From an uncultured Myxococcia bacterium (GTDB taxonomy: Bacteria > Myxococcota > Myxococcia > SLRQ01), in assembly GCA_964471535.1 (NCBI GenBank), contig CAYYHA010000001.1:6285-70284 (forward strand): a DNA stretch of 64,000 bases. The letters are read 5' to 3'. The notes under the pieces are model-generated. The model worked only from the letters and a program-made list of their open reading frames with translations. It made no database searches and was not told where the DNA came from. Shown piece after piece: positions 26,560-35,655 of this stretch (positions within the stretch are counted from its first letter, which is position 1; every line of letters starts with the position of its first letter). The position numbers and the translations under genes were made by a program.

Positions 26560-27945
26560 ATGGCACGAGAAACGAACGACGCCCGAGCCGCGCTGCCCTC
26601 GGCTCCCGAGCAGCCCTTCGAGTACCCCCTGAAGACGCCCTTCGAGGAGCCCGATTGGCGGCGCATTCCCGCCTATCGCGCGGTGAGCCGTGAGGAGTGG
26701 GAGAGCGCGCGGTGGCAGCGCCGGCACACGGTCAAGAACCTGAAAGAGCTGAAGGAGACGCTCGGCGAGCTTTTGCCCGAGGACCTTCTCGAGAGCATCG
26801 CGGCGGACCAAGCGCGCATGGCGACCATGTCCATCCTCGTCCCCCCGCAGATGCTCAATACGATGAACTTCGACGACCTGTGGAACGACCCGGTGCGTCG
26901 CTACATGCTTCCGGCCCTCGCCGACAGGCATCCCGAGTGGCCGAGTCATCCCAAGGCCGAGCGCGACAGTCTGCACGAGGCCGACATGTGGGCGGTCGAG
27001 GGACTCACCCACCGCTACCCCACGAAGGTCCTCGCCGAGATGCTGCCCACCTGTCCGCAATATTGCGGCCATTGCACGCGCATGGATCTCGTGGGGAACG
27101 ACGTGCCGCAGGTGAAGAAGACGCGCTTCACCCTGAAGCCGGCGAGTCGCTACGAGGCGATGCTCGAGTACATCCGCAACACGCCGATGATCCGCGACGT
27201 CGTCGTCTCGGGGGGCGACGTGGCCAACCTGCCCATCGATCGCCTGGTCGACTTCGTCTCGCGACTGATGGAGATCCCGCACATTCGCGACATCCGGCTC
27301 GCTTCCAAGGGGATGGCCGGCATCCCACAGCACTTCCTGCAGGACGAGGTGCTGCGTGGCCTCGAGACGCTCGCCAAGAAGGCGCGCGAACACGACGTCG
27401 ACATCGCGCTGCACACGCACATCAATGCGGCGCAGCAAGTGACGCCGCTGGTGGCGAAGGTGGCGGAGAAGCTCCTCGACATGGGCTTCAGGGACGTGCG
27501 CAACCAGGGGGTGCTCCTGCGGGGAACGAACACCACGCCCGAGCAGCTCCTCGAGCTGTGCTTCCGCCTCCTCGATGACGGCAACATCATGCCGTACTAC
27601 TTCTACATGTGCGACATGATCCCCAACTCGGAGCACTGGCGGCTCGCCGTGCACGAGGCACAGAAGCTGCAGCACGACATCATGGGCTATCTGCCCGGCT
27701 ACGCGACGCCGCGTCTTTTGTGCGATGTGCCCTTCGTGGGCAAGCGCTGGGTGCACCAGACCGATGCCTACGACCGCACCCGTGGCATCTCCTACTGGAC
27801 GAAGAACTACCGCACCCTGGTAGAGCGCGACGATCCCGAGGCGCTCACGCGGCAGTACCCCTACTACGATCCGGTCTACACCCTTCCCGAGGAAGGGCAG
27901 GCCTACTGGCGAGAGAGAGTGCAGGAGGCCGGCACCGGGGCATGA
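26560..27945 (+). CDS. KamA-family radical SAM aminomutase (lysine 2,3-aminomutase-like)
   Basis: The CPQYCGHCTR radical SAM CxxxCxxC cluster is present, and the sequence is colinear with lysine 2,3-aminomutase (PLP-binding region ...SGGD... and C-terminal domain). At 461 aa it is of KamA length, not the shorter EpmB. Confidence 0.85.
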   Translation: MARETNDARAALPSAPEQPFEYPLKTPFEEPDWRRIPAYRAVSREEWESARWQRRHTVKNLKELKETLGELLPEDLLESIAADQARMATMSILVPPQMLNTMNFDDLWNDPVRRYMLPALADRHPEWPSHPKAERDSLHEADMWAVEGLTHRYPTKVLAEMLPTCPQYCGHCTRMDLVGNDVPQVKKTRFTLKPASRYEAMLEYIRNTPMIRDVVVSGGDVANLPIDRLVDFVSRLMEIPHIRDIRLASKGMAGIPQHFLQDEVLRGLETLAKKAREHDVDIALHTHINAAQQVTPLVAKVAEKLLDMGFRDVRNQGVLLRGTNTTPEQLLELCFRLLDDGNIMPYYFYMCDMIPNSEHWRLAVHEAQKLQHDIMGYLPGYATPRLLCDVPFVGKRWVHQTDAYDRTRGISYWTKNYRTLVERDDPEALTRQYPYYDPVYTLPEEGQAYWRERVQEAGTGA

Positions 27946-29149
27946 GCACGGCGCGCTCCTCGTGGAAGGTGCGCGGCGCTTCTCCTCGAGGGTCGCGTTC
28001 GATGTGCACACCGATCCGCCCCAGGGTGCGCCCGTCGCTGGTTTCGATGGACACCCGCCACTCTCCCTCGCGCCAGTGCTCCTTGTAGGCGAAGGCGCGG
28101 TAGCCGGCTTCGCGGCCACCGGTGATCTTCATCCGGATGCGGTCGGTGCGCGTCCAGCCCGTCTTGGGATGGTCGTACTCCCAGACCATGTAGATCGAGT
28201 CCTGGAACTCGGCCGGCGCGAAGATGCGAGCGAAGATCCACACGCGATCCCCGGGGCGGGCATAGAAATGCTGGTCGCCCTCCTCGAAGAAGCGCCAGGC
28301 GGGCTTCTCGTGCCGGAGCACGTAGTGATCGCCGGCGCGTTCCACGTGGTGGTAGACGCCGAGATGTCGGACAGACAGGGGCACGGGAGGCACGGCATCG
28401 AGCACGAAGAGGGCGACGAGGCCGGCCTGTACCGCCGCGCCGGGGAGCGCGGCGCGCTTCCAGCCCAGGCGGCGCTCGCCGGACCACCGGCTCAATAGCT
28501 GTGCGCCGCCTAGGGAGACAGCGAGCGCGAGTCCCGCGGAGAGGAAGAACCACCAGCGGGAGAGGCGACCGGCGAGGACGGGGAGCAGGTAGGCGAGGAA
28601 GGAGGTCAGGCAGAAGGAGAAGAGGGCGAGGCGCACCACCGGTCCGAGGCGGCGCACCTCGGGCAGCTCGTTCCCGATGAGCAGGGCGAAGACCACCGCC
28701 ATGAAGAGGACGGTGGACAGGTGGGAGGCGCTGCGCAGGTAGAAGAGAGAGTAGGCGGAGAGAAGACTGCCTAGAAGGAAGTGGATCGCGTCCTCACGGA
28801 AGGGCCAGAGGGGCTCGAGGAGGCGGGGCAGCTTCGGCTGGGCAAGCTCCGCCCACTGCTCGACGAGGAGGAGTGCGGCGAGGAGGAAGAGGTAGGCGCC
28901 CTGCATCGCGAGGGTCATCGCATCGTCGATGCGGCCCAAGGTGAACACGTCGAAGAGGAAGCCAGCGGTGAAGAAGAGGGCGATCTCGAGGCGGGGGTGC
29001 GCCTCACGGAGCGTTTGCACGCGTCCTGTGACCGCGGCGAGCCGCGGGGGGAGCCGCAGCCGGCCCCTGCCCTCTTGGGTCTCGGGCGGCGTCGCCGCTT
29101 CCGACCTCTCGCCGGCCTGCGGCGAAGGGTCTCTCTCCTCGACCTCCAT
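27845..29149 (-). CDS. Membrane protein with N-terminal polytopic domain and C-terminal DUF2914-like soluble domain
   Basis: It has at least 6 TM helices. The C-terminal block YHHVERAGDHYVLRHE...WIFARIFAPAEFQDSIYMVWEYDHP...WRVSIETSDGRTLGRIGVHIER I recall as DUF2914. The last ~100 nt overlap the convergent KamA gene. Confidence 0.6.
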   Translation of the reverse strand: MEVEERDPSPQAGERSEAATPPETQEGRGRLRLPPRLAAVTGRVQTLREAHPRLEIALFFTAGFLFDVFTLGRIDDAMTLAMQGAYLFLLAALLLVEQWAELAQPKLPRLLEPLWPFREDAIHFLLGSLLSAYSLFYLRSASHLSTVLFMAVVFALLIGNELPEVRRLGPVVRLALFSFCLTSFLAYLLPVLAGRLSRWWFFLSAGLALAVSLGGAQLLSRWSGERRLGWKRAALPGAAVQAGLVALFVLDAVPPVPLSVRHLGVYHHVERAGDHYVLRHEKPAWRFFEEGDQHFYARPGDRVWIFARIFAPAEFQDSIYMVWEYDHPKTGWTRTDRIRMKITGGREAGYRAFAYKEHWREGEWRVSIETSDGRTLGRIGVHIERDPRGEAPRTFHEERAVLMPRCRPPALSLASRPALPREGCRPDRSRGTAA

Positions 29150-29263
29150 GCGCCCGAAGATACACGAGTGCGCCCCTTGCCGATTCCCCGCCGTGGCGCA
29201 GCCATTTGACCGCCAAGGCGCCTCGCCGTAAGAGGCGCCAGCTTTCGGAGGAGGATCCGGGTC

Positions 29264-30475
29264 ATGTTGCGGAGGCGTGCGGTTGCGGGTGGAGCGTGGA
29301 ACTTGGATTGGGGAGGTCGCAGGGCCCTAAAGCCCGCACTGCGGCGCTGCGGTCCGGCCCTGGGCCTGCTCCTTACGCTGATCCTCTTGCCCGGGCGTGC
29401 GCAGGGGGGGCCTGCGCAGGCCGAGCCGAGTTCCGAATCCGCGGCCAAGCCGGCGGCGGAGCCTGGCGAGAGCAGGCACGACGCTCCAGAGGAGGAGGCA
29501 AAGGAGGAGAAGGAACCGGGCCGCGCTGCGGCACCGGCGGCCACGGGCCAAGGCGGCGGTGCGCTGGGGGAGGACAGTCTCGCCGAGGCCCTGCGCGCCG
29601 CGGCGGCAGCGGCCGAGGCGGCACGTGAGGCGGCGGAGGCGGCGCGGGCGGCGGCGGAGGCGAGCCGCCGCGCCGCCGAGGCCCTGGCGGGGAAGGCGGA
29701 GGCGACCTCGGACGCGCAGGAGACACCCACAGGGGCGCAGACGGGGGACGAAGGGGCGAAGAAGGAGACGCCCGCAGGGCCCTCCGCGTGGAGCTACCAG
29801 CTCGGCTTGAGCTTCATCTCGGTCACCGGCAACGCCAACGCGGTGACGGGCAAGGTCAGCGGCCTGGCCAGCGGAAGCTGGGCGAAGTGGCGGGTGAAGT
29901 TCGAGGGCGGCGGTGCCTATGGACAGGCGACCAACGGGCTCTCCGAAGTGACCGCCCTCAACGGGAACTTGAGTGCGCGCGGCGACCGTCGCCTCGGGCC
30001 GAAGTTCACCGTCTACCTCACCGGCGGTCTCGCCACCGACCACGTGGCCAGCATCGAGCTGCAGTACTTCGGTGAGCCGGGGCTCTCGCTCCTCTGGTGG
30101 GAGGAGAAGGAAGCGAAGTTCGTCCGCAGCTCCCTCCAGACCGATCTCGGCTTTCGGCTCACCCGCGAGAGCCGCTTCCAGTACTTCCCCGTGCCCAGGG
30201 ACCTCGATGACAAGGACATCTATGCCCCGCGTCTGGCCCTCTCCTTCCGCTACGCCCTGACCCGCCGGGCCGTCTTCACCGAAGAGGCGGAGATCCTCCC
30301 CGACATCGTCGACACCAAGAACGTGCGGGCGACCAGCACCTCCACTCTGACTGCCCAGATCGTCGAAGGAGTGGGCATCACCGTCTCGTTCAAGGTGCGT
30401 CACATCGGGGCGCCCGCGGAAGGCAAGGTGCCCACGGATACCGAGCTGGCGGCGGGTGTCTCCTGGACCTTCTGA
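29264..30475 (+). CDS. Outer-membrane beta-barrel protein, DUF481/YdiY-like, with Ala-rich coiled N-terminal region
   Basis: It has a signal peptide and an Ala/Glu-rich low-complexity stretch, then alternating beta-strand pattern ending ...VSWTF with a C-terminal Phe (OMP signature). The SYQLGLSFISVTGNAN block is typical of DUF481. Confidence 0.65.
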   Translation: MLRRRAVAGGAWNLDWGGRRALKPALRRCGPALGLLLTLILLPGRAQGGPAQAEPSSESAAKPAAEPGESRHDAPEEEAKEEKEPGRAAAPAATGQGGGALGEDSLAEALRAAAAAAEAAREAAEAARAAAEASRRAAEALAGKAEATSDAQETPTGAQTGDEGAKKETPAGPSAWSYQLGLSFISVTGNANAVTGKVSGLASGSWAKWRVKFEGGGAYGQATNGLSEVTALNGNLSARGDRRLGPKFTVYLTGGLATDHVASIELQYFGEPGLSLLWWEEKEAKFVRSSLQTDLGFRLTRESRFQYFPVPRDLDDKDIYAPRLALSFRYALTRRAVFTEEAEILPDIVDTKNVRATSTSTLTAQIVEGVGITVSFKVRHIGAPAEGKVPTDTELAAGVSWTF

Positions 30476-30607
30476 CGGAGATCGCGCCCGACACAGGTAT
30501 CCCTGGAGGGAAGCGCCGGAGCGTCGTACGGGGGCGAGGTGGCTCGACAACACCCACCCCGCTCTCTACCGTGGATCGAGACGCGACCGACTCCGCGAGA
30601 CGACGCC

Positions 30608-30967
30608 ATGCGAGTACTCATCATCGACGACGATGACGACGTGCGCTTCATCGCCAAGCTCACCCTCGAGCAGGAGGGCTCGTGGCGGGTGGAGGTGGCA
30701 TCGTCGGGCGAGGAAGGGATCGCGCGTGCTAGGCGCTTTTGTCCCGACCTGATCCTCCTGGACGTGCAGATGCCCGGCCTCGATGGCCTGGCGACGTTGG
30801 ATGCGCTGCGCCGCGAGCCACTGCTCGCCGCATCCAAGGTCATCTTCCTCACTGCCGGCCGGCCCCACGATGCGGGTCTCTCCGCCGGCGTCGTAGGCGT
30901 CCTGGAGAAGCCCTTCGACCCCCGGACCCTCACCGAGGAGATCCGCAGGCTCATGGAGACCCCGTGA
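30608..30967 (+). CDS. Single-domain response regulator (CheY-like receiver)
   Basis: MRVLIIDDDDDVRF (acidic pocket), ...LILLDVQMPGLDG (phospho-acceptor Asp) and ...KVIFLTA are present. Confidence 0.85.
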   Translation: MRVLIIDDDDDVRFIAKLTLEQEGSWRVEVASSGEEGIARARRFCPDLILLDVQMPGLDGLATLDALRREPLLAASKVIFLTAGRPHDAGLSAGVVGVLEKPFDPRTLTEEIRRLMETP

Positions 30968-31257
30968 GGGAACACCTCGCCAAGCTGCGGCAGGTCTACG
31001 CCGCGAAGCTGCCTGCCTACCTCGATGCCATCGAACGCGCCATCGACGCAGGGGCGCCCGTCGAGGTGCGGGAACGCGCGCATCGCGTCCGAGGGTCCGC
31101 GGGGAGCTATGGTTTCCCCGAGGTCAGCCGCGCCATGGCGAAGATCGAGGGCGCCGTGCGCGAGGCCGAAGAGGCGGGTGCGGCGCCCGACTGGCAGGCC
31201 GTGCGCACCTGGCTCGCGGAGGCGCGCGTCGCCGCGGGGACCCCGCTGGACTCCTAG
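30964..31257 (+). CDS. Histidine phosphotransfer (Hpt) domain protein
   Basis: The GTG start overlaps the RR stop as GTGA. The motif HRVRGSAGSYGF matches the Hpt active-site His context H..kGsa...G. Confidence 0.7.
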   Translation: MREHLAKLRQVYAAKLPAYLDAIERAIDAGAPVEVRERAHRVRGSAGSYGFPEVSRAMAKIEGAVREAEEAGAAPDWQAVRTWLAEARVAAGTPLDS

Positions 31258-31275
31258 TGCGCGCCCGGGCGCCCG

Positions 31276-34200
31276 CTACAGCGCCTGCCGTTCACCGTCG
31301 TCTTCGGACGCCTCGGGATCGTAGTCGAGGTGGGCCGCAAGCCAGCGCTCGGCCTCTCGGCAGGTCCAGCCCTTGCGCTTCGCGTAGTCCTCCACCTGGT
31401 CGCGGCCGATGCGGCCGACGTTGAAGTAGGTCGCGTCCGGATGCGCGAAGTAGAGCCCGCTGACACTCGCTGCCGGGGTCATCGCGTAGGCCTCGGTGAG
31501 GCCGATGCCCATCGACTCGGCGTCGAGGAGCCGAAAGAGCTTTGCCTTCTCGGTATGGTCGGGGCAGGCGGGATAGCCGAACGCGGGGCGGATCCCGCGG
31601 TAAGCTTCGGCGATCAGCTCCCGGTTGGAGAGTCGCTCGTCGCGCCCGTAGCCCCATTCCCGGCGCACGCGGGCATGGAGATCCTCGGCGAAGGCCTCCG
31701 CAAGGCGGTCCGCGAGCGCCTTGACCATGATGGCGTTGTAGTCATCCCCCCGCTCTTCGTACCAGGGCGCCAGGGTGTCGAGGCCGATCCCTGCGGTCAC
31801 CGCGAAGGCGCCGATGTAGTCGGTGCAGCCGCTCTCCACTGGCGCGACGAAGTCCGCAAGGCACAGGTTCGGCTCTCCGTCGCGCTTCTCGAACTGCTGC
31901 CGGAGGAAGCAAAAACGCAGGAGCTCCTCGTTGCGGCGCTCGTCCTTCCAGACGATGATGTCCTGCCCCAAGGCGTTGGCGGGGAAGAAGCCGTAGACCG
32001 CACGTGCGCGGAGCATCTTCTCCCGCACGATCATCTTCAGCATCTCCTGCGCGTTCTCGAAGAGATCGCGGGCGGCCTCGCCCCGCTCCGGGTGGTCGAG
32101 GAGTTCAGGGAACTTTCCTTTGATGCCCCAGGCGTAGAACAGGTACTGCCAGTCGATGTAGGGGACGAGGTCGTCGAGGCGCCAGTCCTCGATGCGGTGG
32201 AGGCCTAGAAATTCGGGACGCGCGAGGAGCTCGTCATCGAAGCGCAGCCGGGCGCGCCGACGCTGTGCTTCCTCGAAGCTCAAAAGCGGCCGCGCTCTGC
32301 GGCGCTCGTGGCGCGTTCGGATCTGCGCCTGTTCCTCGCGCACCCGTGCCTCGAAGAGGGGACGCTGCGTCTCGTCCAGGAGCGCCGCGACGACGCCGAC
32401 GGCGCGTGAGGCGTCGAGCACGTGGACCACGGCCCCTTCGTATTCGGGTGCGATCTTCACCGCGGTGTGGGCGCGGCTGGTGGTCGCGCCCCCGATGAGC
32501 AGCGGGACCTCGAAGGCGCGGCGCTGCATCTCCCTGGCCACGTGCACCATCTCATCGAGGGAGGGAGTGATGAGTCCGGAGAGCCCGACGACTCGTGCCC
32601 CTTCCCGCTCAGCCGTCTCGAGGATCCGCTCCGCTGGCACCATCACGCCCAGGTCGACGACGCGATAGCCGTTGCAGCCAAGGACCACCCCGACGATGTT
32701 CTTTCCGATGTCGTGGACGTCACCCTTCACCGTGGCCAGGACGATGGTCGCCGTATCGTGGCGCTCCTCGTTCTCGATGCGTTCCGCTTCGAGGAAGGGG
32801 GTGAGGTAGGCGACCGCCTTCTTCATCGCTCGGGCACTCTTCACCACCTGCGGAAGGAACATCTTGCCGGCTCCGAAGAGGTCACCGACGCGCTTCATGC
32901 CGTCCATCAGCGGCCCTTCGATCACGTCGAGTGGCCGGCCGAGCTTCTGCCGGGCTTCCTCCGTGTCCTCCTCGATCCATTGCGTGATGCCCTTGACGAG
33001 GGCATGTGCGAGCCGTTCCTCCACCGGAGCCTTACGCCATTCGAGGTCCTGGCTGCGCTTCTTGCTCTGACCCTTCACCTGCTCGGCGTAGGCGATGAGG
33101 CGCTCGGTTGCATCGCTCCGGCGATTGAAGATGCAGTCCTCCACCAGCTCCCGAAGCTCGTCAGGGATCTCCTCGTAGACGACGAGATGCCCGGCGTTGA
33201 CGATGGCCATGTCGAGGCCGGCGGTGATGGCGTGGTAGAGGAAAGCCGAGTTCATCGCTTCGCGTACCACGTTGTTGCCGCGGAAGGAGAAGGAGAGGTT
33301 GCTCACGCCGCCGCTGACCAGCGCGCCCGGACAACGCTCCTTGATGAGGCGGGTGGCCTCGATGAAGTTCACCGCGAAGGCATCGTGTGCCTCGATCCCG
33401 GTGGCGATCGCCAGCACGTTGGGATCGAAGATGATGTCCTCCGGGGGCAGCCCCACCTTCTCGGTCAGGATGCGGTAGGCGCGGGTGCAGATCTCCACCT
33501 TGCGCTCGACGCTCTCCGCCTGTCCTTCCTCGTCGAAGGCCATCACCACCACAGCCGCCCCGAAACGGCGAATGGTCTCTGCCTGCCGGATGAACTCGGC
33601 CTCCCCCTCTTTGAGGGAGATCGAGTTGACCACCGGCTTGCCCTGGATCTGCTTGAGCCCCTCCTCGAGCACCGACCACTTCGAGGAGTCGATCATGATC
33701 GGCACCCGAGCGATCTCCGGCTCACTGGCGACGAGCCGCAGGAAGTGGCCCATCACCCGCTCGGACTCGAGCATGCCCTCGTCCATGTTGATATCGATGA
33801 GGTTGGCGCCGCCCTCGATCTGCTGCCGCGCCACCTCCAGCGCCTCCTCGTACCTCTCCTCCCGGATCAGGCGGGCGAAGCGCCGGCTTCCCGTCACGTT
33901 GGTCCGCTCGCCCACCATCGTGAAGTTCACGTCGGGACCAATCTCGTAGGCCTCGAGCCCGGCGAAGCGAGGCCGGCGCGGGATCTCGGGGACCTTGCGC
34001 GGCGGCAGGCCCTCGACTGCACCGGCGATGGCCCGGATGTGCTCGGCGGTGGTTCCGCAGCAGCCCCCCACCACGTTCACCTGACCCGCCTCGGCGAAGC
34101 CACGGATCAGAGACGCAGTGATCTCCGGCGTCTCGTCGTACTCGCCGAAGGCGTTGGGGAGCCCCGCATTGGGGTATACGCCGGTGAAGGTGTCGGCGAG

Positions 34201-35016
34201 ACGGGCGAGCTCGGCGACATAAGGGGCGAGCTGTCTGGCCCCCAGGGCGCAGTTGAGGGCCACGACGAGGGGCTTGGCGTGCCGGATCGACGTCCAGAAA
34301 GCCTCCAGCGTTTGACCCGACAATGTGCGACCCGATGCGTCGGTGATGGTTCCTGAGACGAAGATCGGGAGGCGCTCTCCCCGCGCTTCGAAGACCTCCT
34401 CCATGGCGAGCAGACACGCCTTCAAGTTCAGGGTGTCGAAGACCGTCTCCGCGAGGAGCAGGTCCACGCCGCCTTCCATCAAGGCGTCGATCTGCACCTG
34501 ATAGGCCGCCTTCACCGTATCGAAGTCCACCGCCCGATAGGCCGGATCCTCGACCCTCGGGGAGATGGAGAGCGTGACGTTCATGGGGCCGATGGCCCCG
34601 GCGACCAGACGAGGACGATCCGGCGTTTGGGCGCTCATCGCGTCGGCCGCCTCACGCGCCAGGCGCGCCGCGGCCAGGTTCAGATCGCGGGCCGCATCGG
34701 ACAGACCGTACTCCGCCTGCGCGATGGGCGTGGACGAGAACGTATTGGTTTCGATGATGTCTGCACCGGCCTCCAGGTAGGCCCGGTGCACCGCGGCGAC
34801 CACATCCGGTCGTGTGAGCGAGAGCAGGTCGTGGTTGCCCTTCAAGTCCTTGGGATGATCGCGGAAGCGCTCGCCCCGGTAGTCGGCTTCGGTGAGCCCG
34901 AAGCCTTGCAGCGCCGTCCCCATCGCGCCGTCGAGGACCAGGATGCGCTCGGTGAGGCGCGCGCGCAGCCACTCGGCACGGCGGGTGGATCGGGTATCGC
35001 GGGAGGGGGTCTTCAT
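31276..35016 (-). CDS. metH: Cobalamin-dependent methionine synthase
   Basis: It is about 1246 aa. The N-terminus [18 protein letters not shown] aligns with the E. coli MetH start. Hcy-binding, pterin-binding, B12-binding ([14 protein letters not shown]...) and AdoMet-activation domains are present in order. The ORF-track 5' extension to 35190 is probably not translated. Confidence 0.95.
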   Translation of the reverse strand: MKTPSRDTRSTRRAEWLRARLTERILVLDGAMGTALQGFGLTEADYRGERFRDHPKDLKGNHDLLSLTRPDVVAAVHRAYLEAGADIIETNTFSSTPIAQAEYGLSDAARDLNLAAARLAREAADAMSAQTPDRPRLVAGAIGPMNVTLSISPRVEDPAYRAVDFDTVKAAYQVQIDALMEGGVDLLLAETVFDTLNLKACLLAMEEVFEARGERLPIFVSGTITDASGRTLSGQTLEAFWTSIRHAKPLVVALNCALGARQLAPYVAELARLADTFTGVYPNAGLPNAFGEYDETPEITASLIRGFAEAGQVNVVGGCCGTTAEHIRAIAGAVEGLPPRKVPEIPRRPRFAGLEAYEIGPDVNFTMVGERTNVTGSRRFARLIREERYEEALEVARQQIEGGANLIDINMDEGMLESERVMGHFLRLVASEPEIARVPIMIDSSKWSVLEEGLKQIQGKPVVNSISLKEGEAEFIRQAETIRRFGAAVVVMAFDEEGQAESVERKVEICTRAYRILTEKVGLPPEDIIFDPNVLAIATGIEAHDAFAVNFIEATRLIKERCPGALVSGGVSNLSFSFRGNNVVREAMNSAFLYHAITAGLDMAIVNAGHLVVYEEIPDELRELVEDCIFNRRSDATERLIAYAEQVKGQSKKRSQDLEWRKAPVEERLAHALVKGITQWIEEDTEEARQKLGRPLDVIEGPLMDGMKRVGDLFGAGKMFLPQVVKSARAMKKAVAYLTPFLEAERIENEERHDTATIVLATVKGDVHDIGKNIVGVVLGCNGYRVVDLGVMVPAERILETAEREGARVVGLSGLITPSLDEMVHVAREMQRRAFEVPLLIGGATTSRAHTAVKIAPEYEGAVVHVLDASRAVGVVAALLDETQRPLFEARVREEQAQIRTRHERRRARPLLSFEEAQRRRARLRFDDELLARPEFLGLHRIEDWRLDDLVPYIDWQYLFYAWGIKGKFPELLDHPERGEAARDLFENAQEMLKMIVREKMLRARAVYGFFPANALGQDIIVWKDERRNEELLRFCFLRQQFEKRDGEPNLCLADFVAPVESGCTDYIGAFAVTAGIGLDTLAPWYEERGDDYNAIMVKALADRLAEAFAEDLHARVRREWGYGRDERLSNRELIAEAYRGIRPAFGYPACPDHTEKAKLFRLLDAESMGIGLTEAYAMTPAASVSGLYFAHPDATYFNVGRIGRDQVEDYAKRKGWTCREAERWLAAHLDYDPEASEDDGERQAL

Positions 35017-35155
35017 CGGCGGCACCATTCTGGGAACAACGCGCAGCGTCAAGGGTAGCCCCGTCGAATCGCCGCGCCAAAGCCTCTCGGGCCTGCGGCC
35101 AGCCTTGCGCCCTCGGCACCGGGGACCTAGCGCTTTGGAGGAGGAGGCCAGGGCG

Positions 35156-35554
35156 ATGAGCGCACAACACGACGAAGTCCTCGAGGCCAACGCGGCCTTC
35201 TACGATGCCTTCGCCCGCGGTGACTTCGCGGCGATGGAGCGCCTGTGGGCGCGGGAGCACCCTGTTGCCTGCATCCATCCCGGCTGGCCCCCGCTCTTCG
35301 GGCGCGAGGCGGTGCTCGAGAGCTGGGCGGCCCTCCTCGGTGGCGGCGGGGGTCCGGTGCGCCCCGTCGACCCCCAACCGGCGCTCCTCGGAGCGGTGGC
35401 CTTCGTCCTCTGCCAGGAGGACCTCGATGGGGCGCGGCTCGTCGCGACGAACCTCTTCGTCCGCGAGGGGGCGCGCTGGTGTCTTTGCCACCACCAGGCC
35501 GCACCCGCGCCCTTCCCCGAGCGCCCCGTCCCCCCGGGTGGCTACGTCAACTGA
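35156..35554 (+). CDS. SnoaL-like/NTF2-fold small protein (ketosteroid-isomerase-like)
   Basis: A strong RBS GGAGGAGGAGG precedes the ATG at 35156. [23 protein letters not shown]...[10 protein letters not shown] is typical of DUF4440/SnoaL-like proteins. Confidence 0.65.
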   Translation: MSAQHDEVLEANAAFYDAFARGDFAAMERLWAREHPVACIHPGWPPLFGREAVLESWAALLGGGGGPVRPVDPQPALLGAVAFVLCQEDLDGARLVATNLFVREGARWCLCHHQAAPAPFPERPVPPGGYVN

Positions 35555-35655
35555 GCCGCCCGGCGGCGCCCCACGGGCGTCGCCCTCGGTCTCTCACCGG
35601 CGCCGACCAGGGAGCTTCCAGCGGCGCGGCGGGCGCCTGTAGCGCCCGAGCCTCT

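Noticed and set aside
24299-28119. 570-aa + ORF 24299-26011 and 904-aa minus ORF 25405-28119
   Set aside because: They are antisense to the DAHPS, histidinol phosphatase and KamA genes. Their translations are dominated by Arg/Gly/Pro.
29327-30553. 408-aa minus ORF
   Set aside because: It is antisense to the DUF481 OMP gene.
32422-34356. 644-aa + ORF and other frames inside metH
   Set aside because: metH is unambiguous, and these are alternate frames.
35017-35155. SAM or cobalamin riboswitch upstream of metH
   Set aside because: The 139-bp divergent region has no S-box or B12-box-like conserved blocks that I can see. It is probably just two promoters.
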